Assembly: GCF_001194135.2 (NCBI RefSeq)
Contig: NC_068997.1
Span: forward strand, 19,037,443 to 19,075,252
Source: Octopus bimaculoides
Taxonomy: Eukaryota
Reading direction: 5' to 3'
Length of the DNA stretch: 37,810 nucleotides
Notes under the pieces: model-generated
The model's database searches: none
What the model saw: only the letters and a program-made list of their open reading frames with translations
What the model was told of the DNA's origin: nothing
Translations under genes and position numbers: made by a program
Shown here: piece after piece, positions 1 to 11,500 of the stretch
Layout of the letters: every line of letters begins with the position of its first letter
Position numbering within the stretch: position 1 is the first letter of the stretch

Positions 1-51
<51 letters not shown>

Positions 52-66
52 CATCTATATATATAT
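1..66. repeat. (AT)n microsatellite
   Basis: Direct dinucleotide run at the window start. Confidence 0.95.
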
Positions 67-159
67 GAGAATGAAGAGCACACACGTACATACACACTCG
101 CGCGCTACGCACATGCACATAGATATAGATACATTCATACATACGCACATATATGTAGT

Positions 160-425
160 TGTTGTAGGCATCCGTAGGTCTCTCGAGACCGTGGATTTAC
201 GCCCGAAGAAATCGTTCAGCTGCTGATGGTAGTGCAGCTTTCGTTGTGGCTGTACAGGCCCACATGGCAACCACGCATACAGAGACTGCATTTGAAGGAG
301 CTCTCTGTCGGCGCTACTGATTTTTCCTTCCGTCGAGTGTGCTTTTCTTTGGTGGTGAGTTCCTGTTTTCCATCCGCTCTCTTCATATATAATCTATCAG
401 AGAGCTCATTCAACAAGAAGCAAAT
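160..425 (-). mobile_element. RTE/BovB-like LINE 3' end fragment
   Basis: Minus-strand translation KEKHTRRKEKSVAPTESSFKCSLCMRGCHVGLYSH resembles the basic tract plus CxxC...IGLYSH C-terminus of RTE-clade ORFs, followed by a short ACAACAACT-like tail. Confidence 0.6.
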
Positions 426-487
426 TTACGTTTAAAGCAGTAATATAAACGAATAAAATCATGTCATTCATATTAACTTAAATATCA

Positions 488-916
488 CTTTTCTCTTTTA
501 CTTGTTTCAGTCATTTGACTGCGGCCATGCTGGAACACCGCCTTTTTAGTCGAGCAAATCGACCCCAGGACTTATTCTTTTGAAGCTTAAGTACTTATTC
601 TATCGATCTTTTTTGCCGAACCGCTAAGTTACGGGGATGTAAACACAACAGCATCTGTTGTCAAGCGATGTTGGGGGGGGGGGGACAAACACAGACACAA
701 ACATACACACACATACATACATATACATATATATATATATATACACATATATACGACGGGCTTCTTTCAGTTTCCGTCTACCAAATCCAATCACAAGGCT
801 TTGGTCGGCCCGAGGCTATAGCAGAAGACACTTGCCCAAGGTGCCACGCAGTGGGAATGAATCCGGAACCATGTGGTTGGTAGGCAAGCTACTTACCACA
901 CAGCCACTCCTGCGCC
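488..916 (-). mobile_element. tRNA-derived SINE (abundant octopus-type family), near full length
   Basis: Minus-strand head GGCGCAGGAGTGGCTGTGTGG (A box) and GGATTCATTCCC (degenerate B box), internal AT/GT microsatellite, tail ending GACTGAAACAAGTAAAAGAG. Related copies occur at 3855-4170, 5520-5645 and 20620-20760. Confidence 0.8.
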
Positions 917-1208
917 TATATATATTTTTTTTAATATATTTCCTCTGAGTATATACTTGTGTTTCTACTAATTGCAGCAATTACATAATTAGTGTGGAGA
1001 TGCATTAGTGGACAACGAGAAAGCCTTGACAGTAAATTATTTCGTATTTATAAAACCGATTAACTATGGCGATTAACACCGAAAACAACTTCACGAAAAG
1101 AGCGTTAAGAATCGAAATTAGATATTAAAAATAAGTATATAAAAAATTAAAATTAACTTGCAGAAATGAGAATTATAGTCATGTTATTAATATTAGTTTC
1201 AAATTTTG

Positions 1209-2168
1209 ACATAAGACCAGTAATTTCGGGATAGGGGCTAAGTCGATTACATCGACCCCAGAATTCAACTGATACTTATTTAATCAACCCTAAAGGATGA
1301 ATGGCAAAGTCGACTCCGTCCGTATTTGAACTGAGAATATTAAGTCGGAAGAAATGCTGTTAAGCATTCTGCCAACTCATCGCCTTAATAATATGAATAA
1401 TATTAGACACGATTATGCAAGGCGACGAGCTGACAGAATCATTAACACGCCGGACAAAATGCTTAGCAGCATTTCGTCCGTCTTTGCACTCTAAGTTCAA
1501 ATTCCGCCGAGGTCGACTTTGCCTTTCATCCTTTCGGAGTCGATTAAAATAAGCACGAGTTGAGCACTGGAGGCGATACAATCGACTTATCCCCTCCCCC
1601 GAAATTACTGGCCTTGTGCCAGCATTTGAAATCATTATTAGAAATAGTCATAAGGTGGCGAGCTAGCAGAATCGTTAGCACGTCTTTGCGTTCTGAGTTC
1701 AAATTCCGTCGTGGTCGACTTTGCCTTTCATCTCTTCGGAGTGGATAAAAATAAGTACCAATTGAAAACTGGGGTCGATGTAATTGACTTACCCCTCCCC
1801 AAAATTATTGGCTTTGAATGACAAAACTTGAAACCAATATAAGAAATGATCATCTCAGGAATATAACGAAAATATCTTTTTATCGTAAAGTATCGTTGTA
1901 GGGAGCTCGACAGACATGAAATGAATTTATGTTCTAAGTAATAATATAACGGTTTCAAATTTTGGCACAAAGCCTGCAATTGTACGGATCGAAAATTAAT
2001 CGATTACACTGATCCCACTGCTCAAATGGTACTTATTTTATTGACCTCGAAAGGAAGAAAGGCAAAGTTGACCTAGTCTCAATTTGTTCTCAGAATGCAA
2101 AGTGCTGGAAGAATGCCGCTAAGCATTTTGTTCGACGCGCTAGAGTTTCTGCAGACTCGCTACCTTCA
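1209..2168. mobile_element. Cluster of four copies of a second tRNA-derived SINE family: (-)1209-1385, (+)1421-1640, (+)1654-1840, (-)1951-2168
   Basis: Shared GAGCTGRCAGAATC head, GAGTTCAAATTCC B-box-like motif and central GTCGACTTTGCCTTTCATCCTTTCGG..GATAAAATAAG block. The central block resembles the Meta/Sauria-type SINE domain (from recall). Confidence 0.8.
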
Positions 2169-2452
2169 CAACAATAATGTAATGAAATGAAATTATGGTT
2201 GATACGAACGAACATTATAGAATAAAATTATGTAATACATATTAAGGTGAATATATACTTATATTAAATATATTTAAAGTATGTAATATGTACGAGAGAC
2301 TAGCATCCTAGCCAAGTGGCAAGGTGCCTCACATTTTCTTGATCCTATAGAAACAGGAGTGAAATACCAACACAGCGGATAATACAGTTTCAATGGGGAG
2401 AGAATTAAGGAAATGAGATCAGAAATCTAGATTAGCAGATTAAACAACTTAC

Positions 2453-2831
2453 CTTTATAGAAAGCTATGGCCTTGTTGATGTACAAAGAGAATTTGGAAC
2501 TTTGTGTAGAAGATGGTTCCTTGCTAAGCCAGGAATCTGAAAGAACCAGTAGCATATTTCCAGGACATTGTTCTCCTCCTTCTAACAGAACACTCAAACA
2601 TTCAACAGGAGATGATAAAATGGTGATTGAAACCTGTTCATGGGAGAAAGTCTTAACTTTGGATGTTCTGTCTTGCGTCTCCGGAAAACCGGTTTCGAAT
2701 AATGAATGCTGCAATGCTTTGTAATATTGTCGAGGAATTTCTTCATTAATTCTTGATAGAATTCCAGGAACTTCCCAACATTCATAATTCCACAACGGAC
2801 ATGTATACTCATCAAAACCTTCTGCATCTTC
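2453..2831 (-). CDS. Coding exon 2 of an unidentified minus-strand gene (EDAEGFDEYTCPLWNYECWEVPGIL...AIAFYK)
   Basis: 379-nt open exon. Acceptor ttcctgtttcag|GAA at 2832/2831 (phase 0) and strong donor AAAG|gtaagt at 2453/2452 (phase 1). Normal-complexity protein sequence; phase matches the 4333-4428 exon. Confidence 0.8.
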
Positions 2832-3854
2832 CTGAAACAGGAATAGAATAAAAGAAAATAAATGGAAAATATAATGAATTTCTCTCATTTTCTAAACAAA
2901 ACTAACCAACGAGCGAACCTATAATTGTTTCTCACCTGTTTTGATTTGTGGTACACTGAAAACAATAAAACTGCTGGCATACTTCGTTTGGAAAGTTAAA
3001 AAGAAAAACGACTTTGTTTTAAAGTAGGAAATTCAGAAAAAAAATTAAGAAAAACTATTGGTCATCTTATTTTATTAAACGTATTTGTATCGAAATTTTT
3101 CAAAATGATCAAGCATTAGTAAGGACTTTCTAAAGTCTTAAGGTATATCTTGAAGATTTCGTTATGCACTTAGATAACCCCTTGAGACCATCACCACTGC
3201 GCATCTTTCTATGCTGTGGTTCAACTTGCTAAATATAGTAACTTCGTCTTCCTCAAACCACAACCTACCACCTAAGAAAATATTGTAATCCTAGATGCAA
3301 TATTTATTGAAAAAACAAAGGAACATGAGGACGGTCACATCTGGAAGGTCTTTCATCACAGGTCAAGTCGACCAGAATTCATGAGAGGTTACAAACCAGC
3401 AAACTTTCATACAAATTTTAGAAAAAGTCAATGTAACAATGTGGTGTCTGCACGTTTCTCAAGGGCACCAGCAAAGTTTATTTGCGTCAACCCGGAATCG
3501 AAACCGACCACATAGAGATAAAAAGATAGTCAGAGAGAGAGAGAGAGAGAGAGGCTGGGGGTAAGAGAATATGTAACAAAGACAGAAGAAGGACCGATTG
3601 ACAAATGTTTCACGGTTAGCGATGATTGAGGTTGCATCAGTTTTTCCTTTTTGTTTTTTTTTTAACAATGGCCGATATGAAAACAAAGACACTAACAGGA
3701 GTGGCCAGGAAAAATATATTGCACCACTAAGAAGTAAGAGTTACTGTATAATTGGTAAATGACAGGCGGTGAGTCTGAATGGACCATTTGAAACTGTAAA
3801 CATCAAGCAGTTGGTGGGACACAACCTAAGCATCCATCTCTTTAGTTTTCTTTT

Positions 3855-4170
3855 ATATCTTTTACTTGTTTCAGTCACCGGGTTGTGGCCATGCTGGGGT
3901 ACCGACTTGAATGATTTAATCAAACAAACCAATCCCAGTACATATTTGCGTGTCTGGTACTTATTACTTATTCTGTGGGTTAATTTTGTGAAACTTCTAA
4001 GTAACTGGGATATAAACAAACCAACACCAGTCGTCAAGCGGTGGGAGTGGGTTGACAGATACAAACACAAATACACACATACACCATATACACATATATG
4101 ACGAGCTTCCGCACAGTTTCCGTCTAACAAATTCACTCATAGGTATTGGTCTGCCCGAGGCTACAGTAGA
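3855..4170 (-). mobile_element. 5'-truncated, diverged copy of the 488-916 SINE family
   Basis: Colinear similarity to 488-830 (cttttacttgtttcagtca...ggccatgctgg...tttccgtcta...cccgaggcta). Confidence 0.75.
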
Positions 4171-4332
4171 AGTTGGTAATCTTATAAATACAATCAACTA
4201 AAGCTTTCAATAGATAATCTGTACCACTAGATAATCTGTACCACGTGACACAAATAAAAGTGTTGATATAGATATTACAAACGTGTGTACCTGTGTGTTT
4301 GTGCTTATATGTGTGTGTGTGAAAATACTTAC

Positions 4333-4428
4333 TTGAACTTCTTCGTAAATGTCTTCTTCAGTCACCCATCTTGTTGGAGTTTTCTTGGTATCAAGACTTT
4401 CATTTACAGAATTGGTAACAGCTTCCAT
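4333..4428 (-). CDS. First coding exon of the unidentified minus-strand gene (MEAVTNSVNESLDTKKTPTRWVTEEDIYEEVQ)
   Basis: ATG at 4428 with in-frame stops just upstream; acceptor tttctttctttcttcag at 4452/4451 implies an upstream UTR exon; donor CAA|gtaagt at 4333/4332, phase 0. Confidence 0.7.
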
Positions 4429-4489
4429 CGTTTACTAACAAATAAGATATTCTGAAGAAAGAAAGAAAAATAATGATATTATCTGATTT

Positions 4490-4886
4490 AGTCATAAGGC
4501 CGGTAATTTTGAGATTAGGGAGTTAATGGATACCATCAGTCCCAATGCTTCCAAAGTACTTCATTTTATTGACACTGAAAAGATGAAAGCAAAGTTGACC
4601 GGAACAGGATTTGAACTCAAAAAGTAAATACCGCAAAACAATTTCCCACCCCTCTATCTTTAGTAACTGTTTCAGACTTAGGCTACAGGCTAGCAGTTTA
4701 GCGGGAAGGAAGTTATTTGACATCATCAGCCCCAATACGCCCATGGTACTTTATTTTATCGTTTTCGGTAGGATGAAAGGCAAGGTAAGCCTCGGCTTAC
4801 TCAGAGCATAAAGACAGACGAAATACCACTAAGCCTTTCGCTCGACGTCCTAACGATTCTGCCAGTTCACCACCACCACCACCACC

Positions 4887-4919
<33 letters not shown>

Positions 4920-5200
4920 ATAATGATAATAATAACAACAACAATAATAATTTTTAAAAATAATAATAATAATAATAATAATAATCCTTTCTACTATAAG
5001 CACAGGGCCTGAAATTTCGGAGGAGGGGATGAGCCGATTACATCGACCCCAGTGTTCAAGTGGTACTTATTTTATCCACCCAGAAAGGATGAACGGTAAA
5101 GTCGACCTAGATGGAATTTGAACTCAGAACGTGAAGACGGACGAAATACCGCTAAGCATTTTGCCCTGCGTGCTAACGTTTCTGCCAGCTCATCGACTTC
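4490..5200 (-). mobile_element. Three minus-strand copies of the second SINE family (about 4490-4640, 4640-4870, 5000-5200) separated by a CAC/CAA/TAA microsatellite
   Basis: Repeated ggtacttatttt...aaaggatgaa.ggcaaagtcgacc...gaatttgaactcag blocks matching the 1209-2168 copies. Confidence 0.75.
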
Positions 5201-5665
5201 GCTATAATAATAATAATAACAACAATAACAACAACAACAACAACAATAAATTAATTCTCAATTATATGACAGACACACGCCGTCGTGGGTGGCTATGCAT
5301 AAAGTAACGGTAAATAAAATTTGGAGTCAACATCAATTTCGACCACTGTTCTTCTTTCACATCTACATCATCAACACCCGTTACATTTTGATAACTCAAA
5401 ACGAATTACTGTGTCTACCATTACAATTGGTAACCTTCGACTAACATTTATCGTTACATATATGTATATTTTGCAAATGTATTTTAGCTGAACAATTTAT
5501 AAGCACAACCATAAGACTGTAGATAAGAAGCATCTGTGTGTAGATGCTTCCCAACCATGTAGTCTCGGTCTTCTATTATAGCTCCAGGCCAGCCAAAGTT
5601 TTGTCAATAGATTTGGTAGATAAAAACTGAAAGTAGTCTGTCTCACACAAACACATATATATATA

Positions 5666-5753
5666 GGTAAATTTTCAGATTAACACCTGCACGCTAAAAC
5701 CCTAACCCTAACACCCTAGTGAAAATCGTGCAGGTGTTAATCTGAAAATTTAC

Positions 5754-5754
<1 letters not shown>
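5666..5754. mobile_element. 89-bp MITE with perfect 28-bp TIRs beginning GGTAA (Merlin-like termini) and internal CCCTAACCCTAA
   Basis: GGTAAATTTTCAGATTAACACCTGCACG (5666-5693) is the exact reverse complement of 5727-5754. Flanks are tatatata and tgtatata. Confidence 0.8.
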
Positions 5755-5812
<58 letters not shown>

Positions 5813-6737
5813 NNNNNNNNNNNNNNNNNNNNNNNNNNNNNNNNNNNNNNNNNNNNNNNNNNNNNNNNNNNNNNNNNNNNNNNNNNNNNNNNNNNNNNNN
5901 NNNNNNNNNNNNNNNNNNNNNNNNNNNNNNNNNNNNNNNNNNNNNNNNNNNNNNNNNNNNNNNNNNNNNNNNNNNNNNNNNNNNNNNNNNNNNNNNNNNN
6001 NNNNNNNNNNNNNNNNNNNNNNNNNNNNNNNNNNNNNNNNNNNNNNNNNNNNNNNNNNNNNNNNNNNNNNNNNNNNNNNNNNNNNNNNNNNNNNNNNNNN
6101 NNNNNNNNNNNNNNNNNNNNNNNNNNNNNNNNNNNNNNNNNNNNNNNNNNNNNNNNNNNNNNNNNNNNNNNNNNNNNNNNNNNNNNNNNNNNNNNNNNNN
6201 NNNNNNNNNNNNNNNNNNNNNNNNNNNNNNNNNNNNNNNNNNNNNNNNNNNNNNNNNNNNNNNNNNNNNNNNNNNNNNNNNNNNNNNNNNNNNNNNNNNN
6301 NNNNNNNNAGAGAGAGAGAGAGAGAGAGAGAGATGTGTATTCTAGTTTTCACATCATATAATCAATGAAAACAAGCATTACTATCATGCAAGTGATATGT
6401 TGTTTTTAATCTTACCCCTAAATGACAAGCCTTGTGCCAAAATTTAAAATCATTTTTATTCTTTCCTACGACAAGATGTTGACAACCAAAATTATTGAGA
6501 AATATATCTTCATCAAATTTGTAATTGATAAACATATGAAGGATTCGTTGATTTCCCGGTTTGCAATGAAATTTAATGAAATAATACGGAACTAACACCC
6601 TGTAATACAAAATGTGACAAAAGCTCTGCATGTAAGCAATACGAAACTAACACTACTAAAACAAATATTCCATATAAACACATTGCTTGTACTTTACGCA
6701 TTAATTATTTGTTTTATAAAACTTGACTTTTTCAAAA

Positions 6738-7437
6738 ATGGTTGATCCTGCCGGACAAGCAGACCCAACGGCAATATGCAGTGATGTCATGAATGACCAA
6801 GAAATTCGACAAGAAACATGGAAATTCTTTGATCTAATCCCACAAACTAATACAGAGGAGGTAGCAATTACATGGTTAGCCAAACACCGGCTAATTAGCA
6901 ATTCCGTGAAGTGTCCCACCTGTAGCAATTTATGTACACTGGTCGATCATCCAGAAGATATTGACGGAAAGAGATGGAAATGTGATCTGGACTCCTTCAC
7001 TCAGTCAGTCCGCAACGGATCGATTTTTGAGGATAGTGACGTCTCACTGACAACATTTATATGGCTTATGTATATGTGGTCAAGAGAGCATCTAAATTCT
7101 GAAATAGCTCACGAGACAAAAGTCAATGTAAACACTATCGATGATTTGTGTCAGTATATCCGAGAATTATTGGAAGGATTCTTAGAAGACCATCCGACTG
7201 AGTTAGGTGACGACCCACCGGAGATAGGTGGTTTCGATTCACAAACTGGTAAACCAAAAGTCGTCGAAATAGATGTAACCACAATTTCCAAACCTAAACC
7301 TAACGGGAAAAAACATGTGAAAGGATATAAGGTTTTTGGAGGAATTGAACGAGGAAGTGAAAAATGTTTTCTAGTGCCAATTGAACATCGAAATAAAGAC
7401 GCTTTCGAAGCTGCAATTGTTCGTTGGGTTTTGCCAG
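6738..7437 (+). CDS. Exon 1 of a Merlin/IS1595 (ISXO2-like) transposase-derived gene
   Basis: Open frame from ATG 6738: CPTC...DGKRWKC...SVRNGSIF Zn-ribbon region, HTH-like segment, IGG...VVEID and VFGGIERGSEKCFLVPIEHRNKDAFEAAIVRWVLPG, all typical of Merlin/IS1595 transposases. Donor CCAG|gtatga at 7437/7438, phase 1. Confidence 0.85.
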
Positions 7438-8396
7438 GTATGATTTAATAAAATTCCACATTTCGACTTTCATGTAGAATAATCGGAAATTGTCGAGTAC
7501 ATAAAAAAACTCCGTTTTTTTTGGGTTTTTTTTTACTAATTGATGTTTTAAGAATCGGAGATAATGGCTCCACACACAAAAGAGAGAATTATTTTGCCAA
7601 CCCCGTCTTTCCTGTTTTTTTTCAATCTTTCCTCCCCCCACTTTTTTTCTTCGAAATTCAAATTTAAAAGGTTACGCATATTTAAGTGGACTCTGTTGGA
7701 ATTTCCGAAAATTGTCCCCCACCCCCATTCCAAAACACTTTCACCGGAAATTTTTGTATATTCGGATTCTACATAGTAAATACTATATGCATAGAAAATT
7801 TCATTAAAAAATATTCATTTTTCTGAAAGTTATGACCTCCCAAAGTCTGGCGGGTAAAACCCTGTAGTTATGCCGGAATCATAATCCCAGATGTTTAAAG
7901 TCTGGAGAAAAAAAAAATCCAAAAGAAGTTCGAAAATGAAAAGTTACGGACAGGAAAAAGCCAAGAGGGTATCTTTTTACATCCGTCTTGTGAGACTAGT
8001 GCAGTAGTAAATCTTTACGGCAAAGGGACACGGAATTGGGGTGGAGGTAGGAGTAAAAATGTAAAAACGTCTTATTTTGGGATACAAAAATTCTACTGAA
8101 GGAAACAATCACCCAATTCCTTGTTCTTTTCCTTCTCCATGAGGTTACTATAGCTATTGCCGAAAGTCTATCAGAATCTGCTGACTGGTATAATAGTAAA
8201 AAATTACCGCCAAAAGTACCCACCCTCCTTTTTTTTATTTTATTATTAATTTATTTACTGAAGAATAGTATTTTACAATACGTGAAACTCATCCGAAGAA
8301 AGTAGTTTTGGACAAACTGGATAATTTCCGATTCTATTCTAGAGAAATGTCTCCTATTTTCCTATTTCGCCTGAAACGAAATATTGTGTTTATATA

Positions 8397-9237
8397 GGGG
8401 TGGGTGGGGCAAAATGAGGTGTTTTTACTGCATTTTTGACTTTGGAGATAAAATATTTTTTACAAATATTCAATACCTTTCAAAACTATATTAGCTAAGC
8501 ATTATAACATAATCTGATCACTGTTTCAGGAAATTATCGCCGTTCTTTTAAAGCATATAAAAGGCAAATTTGGCTGGGGCAAAATGAGTAAGTCAAGATA
8601 AATTAAATTTGCTGCTTCAATTCTCCAGGATACAGACTCATACACATGATTATCCATCCTTAGACATCAGAAATGCAACAAAAAATTAAAATATGCAGGT
8701 AAAATAAAAGATAATCAGGGAAAAATAGCACATGATATGAAATCAATGGAACTCAATAAAAAAAAAAAAAACTCAACATAAAATATTCTCTGTAGTGTCT
8801 TCATGATCTGCTGGAGTGTCTTCTTTGTGATATATTTACACACCATGAAGTTAAAGAGAAGAAATTATTGAAATTCGTCATTACTCATTTTAGACATTTT
8901 TGAAACTTGAAAATTATCAAATTCAATATTAGTGTGGGAAAAATTGACTTGGAATCCTATAGAGAAAAGAATATTGATTGCTAAGCACCAAGTATTTTCC
9001 AGATATTTTGTTAGCAATCTCAATTACAATCAGGTCAAAGTTGAAAATTTTCTTGAAAAAAGTGGACCTGCTACCTACTATGTTTTGGATTTGAACAACA
9101 ACTATGCTGACCAATTTTTACTCGTAAATATAATATAAAATACAAAACGATGATTCATTATTTGCAATCTAATGATTTTAGACTAGTAGGGAAAAAATAA
9201 AAATAAACCAGAAATTACTCATTTTGTCTCACCCACC
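8397..9237. mobile_element. Decayed DNA transposon with imperfect ~21-bp TIRs (GGTGGGTGGGGCAAAATGAG), superfamily uncertain
   Basis: 8399-8419 matches the reverse complement of 9217-9237 at 18/21; an internal sub-terminal copy lies at about 8570-8590; residual ORF 8932-9138 (VKVENFLEKSGPATYY) may be a transposase C-terminal remnant. Confidence 0.5.
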
Positions 9238-9456
9238 AAACCTCTAATCACTAGAAGTCCTAAAATTTGAAAACCTAACTCTGTCTTGGACAGGTTTTGA
9301 CATGAGTTGTGGACAGCAACTGTCAATGTGTTTTGTTGTTTGCTTAGAAACTTTTTTGCATTCTTTTGATAGCCATACATGAAAAGTGAAAGTCTATCTG
9401 CAGCAATTTCTGTAAAAAATTTCTATTTTTTAAATTTTCTGAATTGCTTGTGTATA

Positions 9457-10627
9457 CAGGGTGTCCCAGAAACATTTACCCATTGATATTTCTTAATCAT
9501 TCAAAATAAACTTAAGGTAGGATAATGAAATTTGGCACATGCGTTCTAATGTAAATTGTCAATCCATTGCAGTAATTACATTTCAAAATGACCACCTTTC
9601 TCCTTGATCATTGCCTGCAAACAGTGGTCATTAACTTGCAAGAGTGCCATACCACCTCTTCAGTCAACTTGACCCATGAAGACAGGTCTTTCTTCAGATC
9701 TGACACATTTGAATAGGAGTGAGCAGAAAGATTTCTAAGGTGGACCAAATAGCAAAGTCCATGGGATTGATGTCTGGACTTGAGGGAGGCCATATCGTCT
9801 TGTCTCAAAGACCACTGAAATTCTCTTTGCATGACCTCTATGTCAAATTGGATGTGTGGGCCGGAGCCCCATCTTGAGTGAGGATGTAATGGTCACCAAA
9901 GGTTTCTGTAACACAGGGTAACACTCTCATTCAACATTTCCACATAAACTTCACTGTTGACTTTGACACTAGCATTGATGAAGATCAAGGGAGACTTGAA
10001 CCCATCAGATGCAACTGCGCCCTACACCATGAGTGAAGCTGTCTTCTGACAGCGTAAATGATTCCTGCTATCTTCAGGCAAGTTTCTTGCATTACATGCA
10101 TAAAGCCTATCATTCTGCCTGTTGGTAACTGCCTCCATGGTGAAGATCCTCTCGTCAGACCAGATCAACACTTTGTTAGTGGTGCACTTCATCTCAGCTA
10201 ACATGGTTTTACCCCTATCAAGCTGTTTCTTCTTGGGAGCTGCTGAAATTAACTACTGGGATTGTTTCTTGTATGCAGTTAACTTTAAATCTTCTTTAAA
10301 AATCCTGTGCGTTGATGATTTCAAAATATCAAGAGCTTTTGCAGGGATTTCAGTTCATTTGCTTCTTCACAGCTTCAACAATTTGTGTGGTACAAACTGA
10401 TTGTTTCCTACTAGGAGTTGGCTTGCTAAAGGTAGTAGCAGACTCCATATATTGTTTCCAGGTATTGACCACTGCTTTATGGCACACATTGAACTGTCTT
10501 GTGTCCTTGTTGCTCACTCTGGTTGTTTTCAAAGCGACAATCTGGTCACGTTTTGCAATAATTTTGCCTGAACCGATATTCCTTAGGAAGAGTTTTAAAC
10601 ATGGGTAAATCTTTCTGGGGCACCCTG
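9457..10627 (-). mobile_element. Tc1/mariner element (DD37D/maT-like), full length but decayed
   Basis: TIRs CAGGGTGYCCCAGAAASATTTACCCA at both ends, TA on both flanks; minus-strand fragments LIWSDERIFTMEAVTNRQNDR and WPPSSPDINPMDFAIWSTLE, broken by stops and frameshifts. Confidence 0.9.
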
Positions 10628-10686
10628 TATATGTATGTGTTTATGTGTGTGTATGTAACTATATGTATGTGTTTCTGTGGATATTA

Positions 10687-11500
10687 TAAGGCGATATCAA
10701 AAAGTTCCTGGACTAGTTATGTTTGATGAAAAAAATCACTAATTTGCCTAAGTTTTAACATCATCTCCTTCAAAATAGTCCCTTTGCACAGCAATACACC
10801 AGTCCCAGCATTCCTGCCACTTTTGAAATCTGGCCTGGGAGTTGTTTTCTGTAAGCAAGTTGAGGACCTTTTGCAATTCGCTCTGGATCTCAACAGTGGT
10901 GTTAAAATGGTGACTTTTGACCAGTGTTTTCATATTGGGGAAGAGATGAAAGTCCGCAAGTGCTAAATCTAGCAAATAGAGTAGGTGCAGAAGCGATACA
11001 ATGTTGTTTTTGGTGAGAAACTCATGAGTGAGGAGAGCTTGGGGACAGGGTACATTGTCATTGAAGAATCCAATTCTTCATGCTCCATGGATCCAGTTGT
11101 TTTTGCTGACTGTCCTCCCTCAGATGCTTCAAAACGTTGCAGTATAAGTTTCAATTGATGGGTTTGGCCCTGGGGGATGAATTTTCAATGCACACTAGCA
11201 CATTTCTTGGGGGTGATGCTTGTGGCAGGTCTTCCAGGGACATTCTTCTGCTTTTGAAGCACCTGTGCCACTCGAAACATTGCATATGACTCTTTGCCTC
11301 ATCGCTGTAAGCTTGCCAAAGCATGCTCAATACCTCTGTAGCAGACTTCCTAAGTTTAATGCAAAATTTCACGTTGGCTCTTTGTTCCTGTCCACAACAA
11401 AATCGCAGACTACAGCATACATGTGATCACAAAAACACAAATTTCACTACTTGCGAAGTAAACACAGCAATGTCACTCAGATAGTGAATATTGTCACAGA
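10687..11500 (-). mobile_element. mariner (DD34D, Mos1/SETMAR-like) remnant
   Basis: One TIR (..atatcaaaaagttcctggact); fragments KFCIKLRKSATEVLSMLWQAY...QCFEWHRCFKS and DLALADFHLFPNMK...FQKWQECWDWCIAVQRDYFEGD. Internally deleted; second TIR not seen. Confidence 0.85.

Noticed and set aside
5700-5711. Interstitial telomere or chromosome-fusion scar
   Set aside because: Only two perfect CCCTAA units, enclosed by MITE TIRs.
5750-6352. Long ORFs spanning N runs (also 12496-13180, 27278-28064, 31961-32905, 34946-35901)
   Set aside because: Artefacts of translating assembly gaps and flanking microsatellites.
6723-7448. Stand-alone 241-aa ORF as a truncated bacterial IS1595 contaminant or pseudogene
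   Set aside because: It ends at a canonical donor and the missing C-terminal half is present in phase at 12125, amid eukaryotic repeats.
8932-9138. Extra middle exon of the Merlin gene
   Set aside because: The protein is already complete across the 7437/12125 join, and this ORF lies inside a TIR-bounded insert.
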